DNA of 64,000 nt from Eledone cirrhosa (lineage: Eukaryota): positions 18,290,001 to 18,354,000 of the forward strand of contig OZ024764.1 of NCBI GenBank assembly GCA_964016885.1, read 5' to 3'. Positions 1 through 12,000 of this stretch are shown here, in pieces. The notes below the pieces were generated by a model. The model saw nothing but the letters and a program-made list of their open reading frames with translations, was not told the DNA's origin and made no database searches. A program made the position numbers and the translations under genes. How positions within the stretch are numbered: the stretch's first letter is position 1; each line of letters opens with the position of its first letter.

Positions 1-3000
1 GAAGGTCTGGAGGTTTGTGGGTCTCTGTGAAGGTCTGTAGGTCTCTGTATGAAGGTCTGGAGGTTTGTGGGCCTCTGTGAGGGTCTGTAGGTCTCTGTGT
101 GAAGGTCTGGAGGTTTGTGGATCTCTGTGAAGGTCTGTGGGTCTCTGTGTGAAGGTCTGGAGGTTTGTGGGTCTCTGTGAGGGTCTGTAGGTCTCTGTGT
201 GAAGGTCTGGAGGTTTGTGGGTCTCTGTGAGGGTCTGTAGGTCTCTGTGTGAAGGTTTGGAGGTTTGTGGGTCCCTGTGAAGGTCTGTAGGTCTCTGTGT
301 GAAGGTCTGGAGGTTTGTGGGTCTCTGTGTGAAGGTCTGGAGGTTTGTGGGTCTCTGTGAGAGTTTGTAGGTCTCTGTGTGAAGGTCTGGAGGTTTGTGG
401 GTCTCTGTGAAGGTCTGTAGGTCTCTGTGTGAAGGTCTGGAGGTTTGTGGGTCTCTGTGAGGGTCTGTAGGTCTCTGTGTGAAGGTCTGGAGGTTTGTGG
501 GTCTCTGTGAAGGTCTGTAGGTCTCTGTGTGAAGGTCTGGAGGTTTGTGGGTCTCTGTGAGGGTCTGTAGGTCTCTCTGTGAAGGTCTGGAGGTTTGTGA
601 GGGTCTGTAGGTCTCTGTGTGAAGGCCTGGAGGTTTGTAGGTCTCTGTGAGGGTCTGTAGGTCTCTGTGTGAAGGTCTGGAGGTTTGTGGGTCTCTGTGA
701 GGGTCTGTAGGTCTCTGTGTGAAGGTCTGGAGGTTTGTGGGTCTCTGTGAAGGTCTGTAGGTCTCTGTGTGTAGGTCTGGAGGTTTGTGGGTCTCTGTGA
801 GGGTCTGTAGGTCTCTGTGTGAAGGTCTGGAAGTTTGTGGGTCTCTGTGAAGGTCTGTAGGTCTCTGTGTGAAGGTCTGGAGGTTTGTGGGTCTCTGTGA
901 GGGTCTGTAGGTCTCTGTGTGAAGGTCTGGAGGTTTGTGGGTCTCTGTGAAGGTCTGTAGGTCTCTGTGTGAAGGTCTGGAGGTTTGTGGGTCTCTGTGA
1001 GGGTCTGTAGGTCTCTCTGTGAAGGTCTGGAGGTTTGTGAGGGTCTGTAGGTCTCTGTGTGAAGGTCTGGAGGTTTGTAGGTCTCTGTGTGAAGGTCTGG
1101 AGGTTTGTGGGTCTCTGTGAAGGTCTGTAGGTCTCTGTGTGTAGGTCTGGAGGTTTGTGGGTCTCTGTGACGGTCTGTAGGTCTCTGTGTGAAGGTCTGG
1201 AGGTTTGTGGGTCTCTGTGAAGGTCTGTAGGTCTCTGTGAAGGTCTGTAGGTCTCTGTGTGAAGGTCTGGAGGTTTGTGGGTCTCTGTGAGGGTCTGTAG
1301 GTCTCTGTGTGAAGGTCTGGAGGTTTGTGGGTCTCTGTGAAGGTCTGTAGGTCTCTGTGTGAAGGTCTGGAGGTTTGTAGGTCTCTGTGAGGGTCTGTAG
1401 GTCTCTGTGTGAAGGTCTGGAGGTTTGTGCTACTCTGTGAGGGTCTGTAGGTCTCTGTGTGACGGTCTGGAGGTTTGTGGGTCTCTGTGAGAGGTTGTAG
1501 GTCTATGTGTGAAGGTCTGGAGGTTTGTGGGTCTCTGTGAGGGTCTGTAAGTCTCTGTGTGACGGTCTGGAGGTTTGTGGGTCTCTGTGTGAAGGTCTGT
1601 AGGTTTGTGGGTCTCTGTGAGGGTCTGTAGGTCTCTGTGTGAAGGTCTGGAGGTTTGTGGGTCTCTGTGAGGGTCTGTAGGTCTCTGTGTGAAGGTCTGG
1701 AGGTTTGTGGGTGTCTGTGAAGGTCTGTAGGTCTCTGTGTGTAGGTCTGGAGGTTTGTGGGTCTCTGTGAGGGTCTGTAGGTCTCTGTGTGAAGGTCTGG
1801 AGGTTTGTGGGTCTCTGTGAAGGTCTGTAGGTCTCTGTGTGAAGGTCTGGAGGGTTGTGGGTCTCTGTGAGGGTCTGTAGGTCTCTGTGTGAAGGTCTGG
1901 AGGTTTGTGGGTCTCTGTGAAGGTCTGTAGGTCTCTGTGTGAAGGTCTGGAGGTTTGTGGGTCTCTGTGAGGGTCTGTAGGTCTCTCTGTGAAGGTCTGG
2001 AGGTTTGTGAGGGTCTGTAGGTCTCTGTGTGAAGGTCTGGAGGTTTGTAGGTCTCTGTGAGAGTTTGTAGGTCTCTGTGTGAAGGTCTGGAGGTTTGTGG
2101 GTCTCTGTGAGGGTCTGTAGGTCTCCGTGTGAAGGTCTGGAGGTTTGTGGGTCTCTGTGAGGGTCTGTAGGTCTCTGTGTGAAGGTCTGAAGGTTTGTGG
2201 GTCCCTGTGAAGGTCTAGAGGTTTGTAGGTCTCTGTGAGGGTCTGTAGGTCTCTGTGTGAAGGTCTGGAGGTTTGTGGGTCTCTGTGAGAGTTTGTAGGT
2301 CTCTGTGTGAAGGTCTGGAGGTTTGTGGGTCTCTGTGAGGGTCTGTAGGTCTCTGTGTGAAGGTCTGGAGGTTTGTGGGTCTCTGTGAGGGTCTGTAGGT
2401 CTCTGTGTGAAGGTCTGGAGGTTTGTGGGTCTCTGTGAAGGTCTGTAGGTCTCTGTATGAAGGTCTGGAGGTTTGTGGGCCTCTGTGAGGGTCTGTAGGT
2501 CTGTGTGTGAAGGTCTGGAGGTTTGTGGGTCTCTGTGAAGGTCTGTGGGTCTCTGTGTGAAGGTCTGGAGGTTTGTGGGTCTCTGTGAGGGTCTGTAGGT
2601 CTCTGTGTGAAGGTCTGGAGGTTTGTGGGTCTCTGTGAGGGTCTGTAGGTCTCTGTGTGAAGGTTTGGAGGTTTGTGGGTCCCTGTGAAGGTCTGTAGGT
2701 CTCTGTGTGAAGGTCTGGAGGTTTGTGGGTCTCTGTGTGAAGGTCTGGAGGTTTGTGGGTCTCTGTGAGAGTTTGTAGGTCTCTGTGTGAAGGTCTGGAG
2801 GTTTGTGGGTCTCTGTGAAGGTCTGTAGGTCTCTGTGTGAAGGTCTGGAGGTTTGTGGGTCTCTGTGAGGGTCTGTAGGTCTCTGTGTGAAGGTCTGGAG
2901 GTTTGTGGGTCTCTGTGAAGGTCTGTAGGTCTCTGTGTGAAGGTCTGGAGGTTTGTGGGTCTCTGTGAGGGTCTGTAGGTCTCTCTGTGAAGGTCTGGAG

Positions 3001-6000
3001 GTTTGTGAGGGTCTGTAGGTCTCTGTGTGAAGGCCTGGAGGTTTGTAGGTCTCTGTGAGGGTCTGTAGGTCTCTGTGTGAAGGTCTGGAGGTTTGTGGGT
3101 CTCTGTGAGGGTCTGTAGGTCTCTGTGTGAAGGTCTGGAGGTTTGTGGGTCTCTGTGAGGGTCTGTAGGTCTCTGTGTGAAGGTCTGGAGGTTTGTGGGT
3201 CTCTGTGAAGGTCTGTAGGTCTCTGTGTGTAGGTCTGGAGGTTTGTGGGTCTCTGTGAGGGTCTGTAGGTCTCTGTGTGAAGGTCTGGAAGTTTGTGGGT
3301 CTCTGTGAAGGTCTGTAGGTCTCTGTGTGAAGGTCTGGAGGTTTGTGGGTCTCTGTGAGGGTCTGTAGGTCTCTGTGTGAAGGTCTGGAGGTTTGTGGGT
3401 CTCTGTGAAGGTCTGTAGGTCTCTGTGTGAAGGTCTGGAGGTTTGTGGGTCTCTGTGAGGGTCTGTAGGTCTCTCTGTGAAGGTCTGGAGGTTTGTGAGG
3501 GTCTGTAGGTCTCTGTGTGAAGGTCTGGAGGTTTGTAGGTCTCTGTGAGAGTTTGTAGGTCTCTGTGTGAAGGTCTGGAGGTTTGTGGGTCTCTGTGAGG
3601 GTCTGTAGGTCTCTGTGTGAAGGTCTGGAGGTTTGTGGGTCTCTGTGAAGGTCTGTAGGTCTCTGTGTGTAGGTCTGGAGGTTTGTGGGTCTCTGTGACG
3701 GTCTGTAGGTCTCTGTGTGAAGGTCTGGAGGTTTGTGGGTCTCTGTGAAGGTCTGTAGGTCTCTGTGTGAAGGTCTGGAGGTTTGTGGGTCTCTGTGAGG
3801 GTCTGTAGGTCTCTGTGTGAAGGTCTGGAGGTTTGTGGGTCTCTGTGAAGGTCTGTAGGTCTCTGTGTGAAGGTCTGGAGGTTTGTAGGTCTCTGTGAGG
3901 GTCTGTAGGTCTCTGTGTGAAGGTCTGGAGGTTTGTGCTACTCTGTGAGGGTCTGTAGGTCTCTGTGTGACGGTCTGGAGGTTTGTGGGTCTCTGTGAGA
4001 GGTTGTAGGTCTCTGTGTGAAGGTCTGGAGGTTTGTGGGTCTCTGTGAGGGTCTGTAGGTCTCTGTGTGAAGGTCTGGAGGTTTGTGGGTCTCTGTGAGG
4101 GTCTGTAGGTCTCTGTGTGAAGGTCTGGAGGTTTGTGGGTCTCTGTGCAGGTCTGTAGGTCTCTGTGTGAAGGTCTGGAGGTTTGTGGGTCTCTGTGAGG
4201 GTCTGTAGGTCTCTGTGTGATGGTCTGGAGGTTTGTGGGTCTCTGTGAGGGTCTGTAGGTCTCTGTGTGAAGGTCTGGAGGTTTGTGGGTCTCTGTGAAG
4301 GTCTGTAGGTCTCTGTGTGAAGGTCTGGAGGTTTGTGGGTCTCTGTGAGGGTCTGTAGGTCTCTGTGTGAAGGTCTGGAGGTTTGTGGGTCTCTGTGAAG
4401 GTCTGTAGGTCTCTGTGTGAAGGTCTGGAGGTTTGTAGGTCTCTGTGAGGGTCTGTAGGTCTCTGTGTGAAGGTCTGGAGGTTTGTGGGTCTCTGTGAAG
4501 GTCTGTAGGTCTCTGTGTGAAGGTCTGGAGGTTTGTGGGTCTCTGTGAGGGTCTGTAGGTCTCTCTGTGAAGGTCTGGAGGTTTGTGAGGGTCTGTAGGT
4601 CTCTGTGTGAAGGTCTGGAGGTTTGTAGGTCTCTGTGTGAAGGTCTGGAGGTTTGTGGGTCTCTGTGAAGGTCTGTAGGTCTCTGTGTGTAGGTCTGGAG
4701 GTTTGTGGGTCTCTGTGACGGTCTGTAGGTCTCTGTGTGAAGGTCTGGAGGTTTGTGGGTCTCTGTGAAGGTCTGTAGGTCTCTGTGTGAAGGTCTGGAG
4801 GTTTGTGGGTCTCTGTGAGGGTCTGTAGGTCTCTGTGTGAAGGTCTGGAGGTTTGTGGGTCTCTGTGAAGGTCTGTAGGTCTCTGTGTGAAGGTCTGGAG
4901 GTTTGTAGGTCTCTGTGAGGGTCTGTAGGTCTCTGTGTGAAGGTCTGGAGGTTTGTGCTACTCTGTGAGGGTCTGTAGGTCTCTGTGTGACGGTCTGGAG
5001 GTTTGTGGGTCTCTGTGAGAGGTTGTAGGTCTATGTGTGAAGGTCTGGAGGTTTGTGGGTCTCTGTGAGGGTCTGTAAGTCTCTGTGTGACGGTCTGGAG
5101 GTTTGTGGGTCTCTGTGTGAAGGTCTGTAGGTTTGTGGGTCTCTGTGAGGGTCTGTAGGTCTCTGTGTGAAGGTCTGGAGGTTTGTGGGTCTCTGTGAGG
5201 GTCTGTAGGTCTCTGTGTGAAGGTCTGGAGGTTTGTGGGTGTCTGTGAAGGTCTGTAGGTCTCTGTGTGTAGGTCTGGAGGTTTGTGGGTCTCTGTGAGG
5301 GTCTGTAGGTCTCTGTGTGAAGGTCTGGAGGTTTGTGGGTCTCTGTGAAGGTCTGTAGGTCTCTGTGTGAAGGTCTGGAGGGTTGTGGGTCTCTGTGAGG
5401 GTCTGTAGGTCTCTGTGTGAAGGTCTGGAGGTTTGTGGGTCTCTGTGAAGGTCTGTAGGTCTCTGTGTGAAGGTCTGGAGGTTTGTGGGTCTCTGTGAGG
5501 GTCTGTAGGTCTCTCTGTGAAGGTCTGGAGGTTTGTGAGGGTCTGTAGGTCTCTGTGTGAAGGTCTGGAGGTTTGTAGGTCTCTGTGAGAGTTTGTAGGT
5601 CTCTGTGTGAAGGTCTGGAGGTTTGTGGGTCTCTGTGAGGGTCTGTAGGTCTCCGTGTGAAGGTCTGGAGGTTTGTGGGTCTCTGTGAGGGTCTGTAGGT
5701 CTCTGTGTGAAGGTCTGAAGGTTTGTGGGTCCCTGTGAAGGTCTAGAGGTTTGTAGGTCTCTGTGAGGGTCTGTAGGTCTCTGTGTGAAGGTCTGGAGGT
5801 TTGTGGGTCTCTGTGAGAGTTTGTAGGTCTCTGTGTGAAGGTCTGGAGGTTTGTGGGTCTCTGTGAGGGTCTGTAGGTCTCTGTGTGAAGGTCTGGAGGT
5901 TTGTGGGTCTCTGTGAGGGTCTGTAGGTCTCTGTGTGAAGGTCTGGAGGTTTGTGGGTCTCTGTGAAGGTCTGTAGGTCTCTGTATGAAGGTCTGGAGGT

Positions 6001-9000
6001 TTGTGGGCCTCTGTGAGGGTCTGTAGGTCTGTGTGTGAAGGTCTGGAGGTTTGTGGGTCTCTGTGAAGGTCTGTGGGTCTCTGTGTGAAGGTCTGGAGGT
6101 TTGTGGGTCTCTGTGAGGGTCTGTAGGTCTCTGTGTGAAGGTCTGGAGGTTTGTGGGTCTCTGTGAGGGTCTGTAGGTCTCTGTGTGAAGGTTTGGAGGT
6201 TTGTGGGTCCCTGTGAAGGTCTGTAGGTCTCTGTGTGAAGGTCTGGAGGTTTGTGGGTCTCTGTGTGAAGGTCTGGAGGTTTGTGGGTCTCTGTGAGAGT
6301 TTGTAGGTCTCTGTGTGAAGGTCTGGAGGTTTGTGGGTCTCTGTGAAGGTCTGTAGGTCTCTGTGTGAAGGTCTGGAGGTTTGTGGGTCTCTGTGAGGGT
6401 CTGTAGGTCTCTGTGTGAAGGTCTGGAGGTTTGTGGGTCTCTGTGAAGGTCTGTAGGTCTCTGTGTGAAGGTCTGGAGGTTTGTGGGTCTCTGTGAGGGT
6501 CTGTAGGTCTCTCTGTGAAGGTCTGGAGGTTTGTGAGGGTCTGTAGGTCTCTGTGTGAAGGCCTGGAGGTTTGTAGGTCTCTGTGAGGGTCTGTAGGTCT
6601 CTGTGTGAAGGTCTGGAGGTTTGTGGGTCTCTGTGAGGGTCTGTAGGTCTCTGTGTGAAGGTCTGGAGGTTTGTGGGTCTCTGTGAGGGTCTGTAGGTCT
6701 CTGTGTGAAGGTCTGGAGGTTTGTGGGTCTCTGTGAAGGTCTGTAGGTCTCTGTGTGTAGGTCTGGAGGTTTGTGGGTCTCTGTGAGGGTCTGTAGGTCT
6801 CTGTGTGAAGGTCTGGAAGTTTGTGGGTCTCTGTGAAGGTCTGTAGGTCTCTGTGTGAAGGTCTGGAGGTTTGTGGGTCTCTGTGAGGGTCTGTAGGTCT
6901 CTGTGTGAAGGTCTGGAGGTTTGTGGGTCTCTGTGAAGGTCTGTAGGTCTCTGTGTGAAGGTCTGGAGGTTTGTGGGTCTCTGTGAGGGTCTGTAGGTCT
7001 CTCTGTGAAGGTCTGGAGGTTTGTGAGGGTCTGTAGGTCTCTGTGTGAAGGTCTGGAGGTTTGTAGGTCTCTGTGAGAGTTTGTAGGTCTCTGTGTGAAG
7101 GTCTGGAGGTTTGTGGGTCTCTGTGAGGGTCTGTAGGTCTCTGTGTGAAGGTCTGGAGGTTTGTGGGTCTCTGTGAAGGTCTGTAGGTCTCTGTGTGTAG
7201 GTCTGGAGGTTTGTGGGTCTCTGTGACGGTCTGTAGGTCTCTGTGTGAAGGTCTGGAGGTTTGTGGGTCTCTGTGAAGGTCTGTAGGTCTCTGTGTGAAG
7301 GTCTGGAGGTTTGTGGGTCTCTGTGAGGGTCTGTAGGTCTCTGTGTGAAGGTCTGGAGGTTTGTGGGTCTCTGTGAAGGTCTGTAGGTCTCTGTGTGAAG
7401 GTCTGGAGGTTTGTAGGTCTCTGTGAGGGTCTGTAGGTCTCTGTGTGAAGGTCTGGAGGTTTGTGCTACTCTGTGAGGGTCTGTAGGTCTCTGTGTGACG
7501 GTCTGGAGGTTTGTGGGTCTCTGTGAGAGGTTGTAGGTCTCTGTGTGAAGGTCTGGAGGTTTGTGGGTCTCTGTGAGGGTCTGTAGGTCTCTGTGTGAAG
7601 GTCTGGAGGTTTGTGGGTCTCTGTGAGGGTCTGTAGGTCTCTGTGTGAAGGTCTGGAGGTTTGTGGGTCTCTGTGCAGGTCTGTAGGTCTCTGTGTGAAG
7701 GTCTGGAGGTTTGTGGGTCTCTGTGAGGGTCTGTAGGTCTCTGTGTGATGGTCTGGAGGTTTGTGGGTCTCTGTGAGGGTCTGTAGGTCTCTGTGTGAAG
7801 GTCTGGAGGTTTGTGGGTCTCTGTGAAGGTCTGTAGGTCTCTGTGTGAAGGTCTGGAGGTTTGTGGGTCTCTGTGAGGGTCTGTAGGTCTCTGTGTGAAG
7901 GTCTGGAGGTTTGTGGGTCTCTGTGAAGGTCTGTAGGTCTCTGTGTGAAGGTCTGGAGGTTTGTAGGTCTCTGTGAGGGTCTGTAGGTCTCTGTGTGAAG
8001 GTCTGGAGGTTTGTGGGTCTCTGTGAGGGTCTGTAAGTCTCTGTGTGACGGTCTGGAGGTTTGTGGGTCTCTGTGAGAGTTTGTAGGTCTCTGTGTGATG
8101 GTCTGTAGGTTTGTGGGTCTCTGTGAGGGTCTGTAGGTCTCTGTGTGAAGGTCTGGAGGTTTGTGGGTCTCTGTGAGGGTCTGTAGGTCTCTGTGTGAAG
8201 GTCTGGAGGTTTGTGGGTGTCTGTGAAGGTCTGTAGGTCTCTGTGTGTAGGTCTGGAGGTTTGTGGGTCTCTGTGAGGGTCTGTAGGTCTCTGTGTGAAG
8301 GTCTGGAGGTTTGTGGGTCTCTGTGAAGGTCTGTAGGTCTCTGTGTGAAGGTCTGGAGGGTTGTGGGTCTCTGTGAGGGTGTGTAGGTCTCTGTGTGAAG
8401 GTCTGGAGGTTTGTGGGTCTCTGTGAAGGTCTGTAGGTCTCTGTGTGAAGGTCTGGAGGTTTGTGGGTCTCTGTGAGGGTCTGTAGGTCTCTCTGTGAAG
8501 GTCTGGAGGTTTGTGAGGGTCTGTAGGTCTCTGTGTGAAGGTCATGAGGTTTGTAGGTCTCTGTGAGAGTTTGTAGGTCTCTGTGTGAAGGTCTGGACGT
8601 TTGTGGGTCTCTGTGAGGGTCTGTAGGTTTCCGTGTGAAGGTCTGGAGGTTTGTGGGTCTCTGTGAGGGTCTGTAGGTCTCTGTGTGAAGGTCTGAAGGT
8701 TTGTGGGTCCCTGTGAAGGTCTGGAGGTTTGTAGGTCTCTGTGAGGGTCTGTAGGTCTCTGTGTGAAGGTCTGGAGGTTTGTGGGTCTCTGTGAGAGTTT
8801 GTAGGTCTCTGTGTGAAGGTCTGGAGGTTTGTGGGTCTCTGTGAGGGTCTGTAGGTCTCTGTGTGAAGGTCTGGAGGTTTGTGGGTCTCTGTGAGGGTCT
8901 GTAGGTCTCTGTGTGAAGGTCTGGAGGTTTGTGGGTCTCTGAGAAGGTCTGTAGGTCTCTGTGTGAAGGTCTGGAGGTTTGTGGGCCTCTGTGAGGGTCT

Positions 9001-12000
9001 GTAGGTCTCTGTGGGAAGGTCTGGAGGTTTGTGGGTCTCTGTGAAGGTCTGTGGGTCTCTGTGTGAAGGTCTGGAGGTTTGTGGGTCTCTGTGAGGGTCT
9101 GTAGGTCTCTGTGTGAAGGTCTGGAGGTTTGTGGGTCTCTGTGAGGGTCTGTAGGTCTCTGTGTGAAGGTTTGGAGGTTTGTGGGTCCCTGTGAAGGTCT
9201 GTAGGTCTCTGTGTGAAGGTCTGGAGGTTTGTGGGTCTCTGTGTGAAGGTCTGGAGGTTTGTGGGTCTCTGTGAGAGTTTTTAGGTCTCTGTGTGAAGGT
9301 CTGGAGGTTTGTGGGTCTCTGTGAAGGTCTGTAGGTCTCTGTGTGAAGGTCTGGAGGTTTGTGGGTCTCTGTGAGGGTCTGTAGGTCTCTGTGTGAAGGT
9401 CTGGAGGTTTGTGGGTCTCTGTGAAGGTCTGTAGGTCTCTGTGTGAAGGTCTGGAGGTTTGTGGGTCTCTGTGAGGGTCTGTAGGTCTCTCTGTGAAGGT
9501 CTGGAGGTTTGTGAGGGTCTGTAGGTCTCTGTGTGAAGGCCTGGAGGTTTGTAGGTCTCTGTGAGGGTCTGTAGGTCTCTGTGTGAAGGTCTGGAGGTTT
9601 GTGGGTCTCTGTGAGGGTCTGTAGGTCTCTGTGTGAAGGTCTGGAGGTTTGTGGGTCTCTGTGAGGGTCTGTAGGTCTCTGTGTGAAGGTCTGGAGGTTT
9701 GTGGGTCTCTGTGAAGGTCTGTAGGTCTCTGTGTGTAGGTCTGGAGGTTTGTGGGTCTCTGTGAGGGTCTGTAGGTCTCTGTGTGAAGGTCTGGAAGTTT
9801 GTGGGTCTCTGTGAAGGTCTGTAGGTCTCTGTGTGAAGGTCTGGAGGTTTGTGGGTCTCTGTGAGGGTCTGTAGGTCTCTGTGTGAAGGTTTGGAGGTTT
9901 GTGGGTTCCTGTGAAGGTCTGTAGGTCTCTGTGTGAAGGTCTGGAGGTTTGTGGGTCTCTGTGTGAAGGTCTGGAGGTTTGTGGGTCTCTGTGTGAAGGT
10001 CTGGAGGTCTGTGGGTCTCTGTTAAGGTCTGTAGGTCTCTGTGTGAAGGTCTGGAGGTTTGTGGGTCTCTGTGAGGGTCTGTAGGTCTCTGTGTGAAGGT
10101 CTGGAGGTTTGTGGGTCTCTGTGAAGGTGTGTAGGTCTCTGTGTGAAGGTCTGGAGGTTTGTGTGTCTCTGTGAGGGTCTGTAGGTCTCTCTGTGAAGGT
10201 CTGGAGGTTTGTGAGGGTCTGTAGGTCTCTGTGTGAAGGTCTGGAGGTTTGTGGGTCTCTGTGAGGGTCTGTAGGTCTCTGTGTGAAGGTCTGGAGGTTT
10301 GTGGGTCTCTGTGAGGGTCTGTAGGTCTCTGTGTGAAGGTCTGGAGGTTTGTGGGTCTCTGTGAGAGTTTGTAGGTCTCTGTGTGAAGGTCTGGAGGTTT
10401 GTGGGTCTCTGTGAACGTCTGTAGGTCTCTGTGTGTAGGTCTGGAGGTTTGTGGGTCTCTGTGAGGGTCTGTAGGTCTCTGTGTGAAGGTCTGGAGGTTT
10501 GTGGGTCTCTGTGAGGGTCTGTAGGTCTCCGTGTGAAGGTCTGGAGGTTTGTGGGTCTCTGTGAGGGTCTGTAGGTCTCTGTGTGAAGGTCTGGAGGTTT
10601 GTGGGTCTCTGTGAGGGTCTGTAGGTCTCTGTGTGAAGGTCTGGAGGTTTGTGGGTCTCTGTGAAGGTCTGTAGGTCTCTGTGTGAAGGTCTGTGGGTCT
10701 GTAGGTCTTTGTGTGAAGGTCTGGAGGTTTGTGGGTCTCTGTGAGGGTCTGTAGGTCTCTGTGTGAAGGTCTGGAGGTTTGTGGGTCTCTGTGAGGGTCT
10801 GTAGGTCTCTGTATGAAGGTCTGGAGGTTTGTGGGTCTCTGTGTGAAGGTCTGAAGGTTTGTGGGTCTCTGTGAAGGTCTGTAGGTCTCTGTGTGAAGGT
10901 CTGGAGGTTTGTGGGTCTCTGTGAGGGTCTGTAGGTCTCTGTGTGAAGGTCTGGAGGTTTGTGGGTCTCTGTGAAGGTCTGTAGGTCTCTGTGTGAAGGT
11001 CTGGAGGTTTGTGGGTCTCTGTGAGGGTCTGTAGGTCTCTGTGAAGGTCTGGAGGTTTGTGGGTCTCTGTGAAGGTCTGTAGGTCTCTGTGTGAAAGTCT
11101 GGAGGTTTGTGGGTCTCTGTGAGGGTCTGTAGGTCTCTGTGTGACGGTCTGGAGGTTTGTGGGTCTCTGTGAAGGTCTGTAGGTCTCTGTGTGAAGGTCT
11201 GGAGGTTTGTGGGTCTCTGTAGGTCTCTGTGTGAAGGTCTGGAGGTTTGTGGGTCTCTGTGAGGGTTTGTAGGTCTCTGTGTGAAGGTCTGGAGGTTTGT
11301 GGGTCTCTGTGAAGGTCTGTAGGTCTCTGTGTGAAGGTCTGGAGGTTTGTAGGTCTCTGTGTGAAGGTCTGGAGGTTTGTGGGTCTCTGTGAGGGTCTGT
11401 AGGTCTCTGTGTGAAGGTCTGGAGGTTTGTGGGTCTCTGTAAAGGTCTGTAGGTCTCTGTGTGAAGGTCTGGAGGTTTGTGGGTCTCTGTGAGGGTCTGT
11501 AGGTCTCTGTGTGAAGGTCTGGAGGTTTGTGGGTCTCTGTGAGGGTCTGTAGGTCTCTGTGTGAAGGTCTGTGGGTCCCTGTGAAGGTCTGTAGGTCTCT
11601 GTGTGAAGGTCTGGAGGTTTGTGGGTCTCTGTGTGAAGGTCTGGAGGTTTGTGGGTCTCTGTGAGGGTCTGTAGGTCTCTGTGTGAAGGTCTGGAGGTTT
11701 GTGGGTCCCTGTGAAGGTCTGTAGGTCTCTGTGTGAAGGTCTGGAGGTTTGTAGGTCTCTGTGAGGGTCTGTAGGTCTCTGTGTGAAGGTCTGGAGGTTT
11801 GTGGGTCTCTGTGAGAGTTTGTAGGTCTCTGTGTGAAGGTCTGGAGGTTTGTGGGTCTCTGTGAGGGTCTGTAGGTCTCTGTATGAAGGTCTGGAGGTTT
11901 GTGGGTCTCTGTGAAGGTCTGTAGGTCTCTGTGTGAAGGTCTGGAGGTTTGTGGGTCTCTGTGAGGGTCTGTAGGTCTCTGTGTGAAGGTTTGGAGGTTT

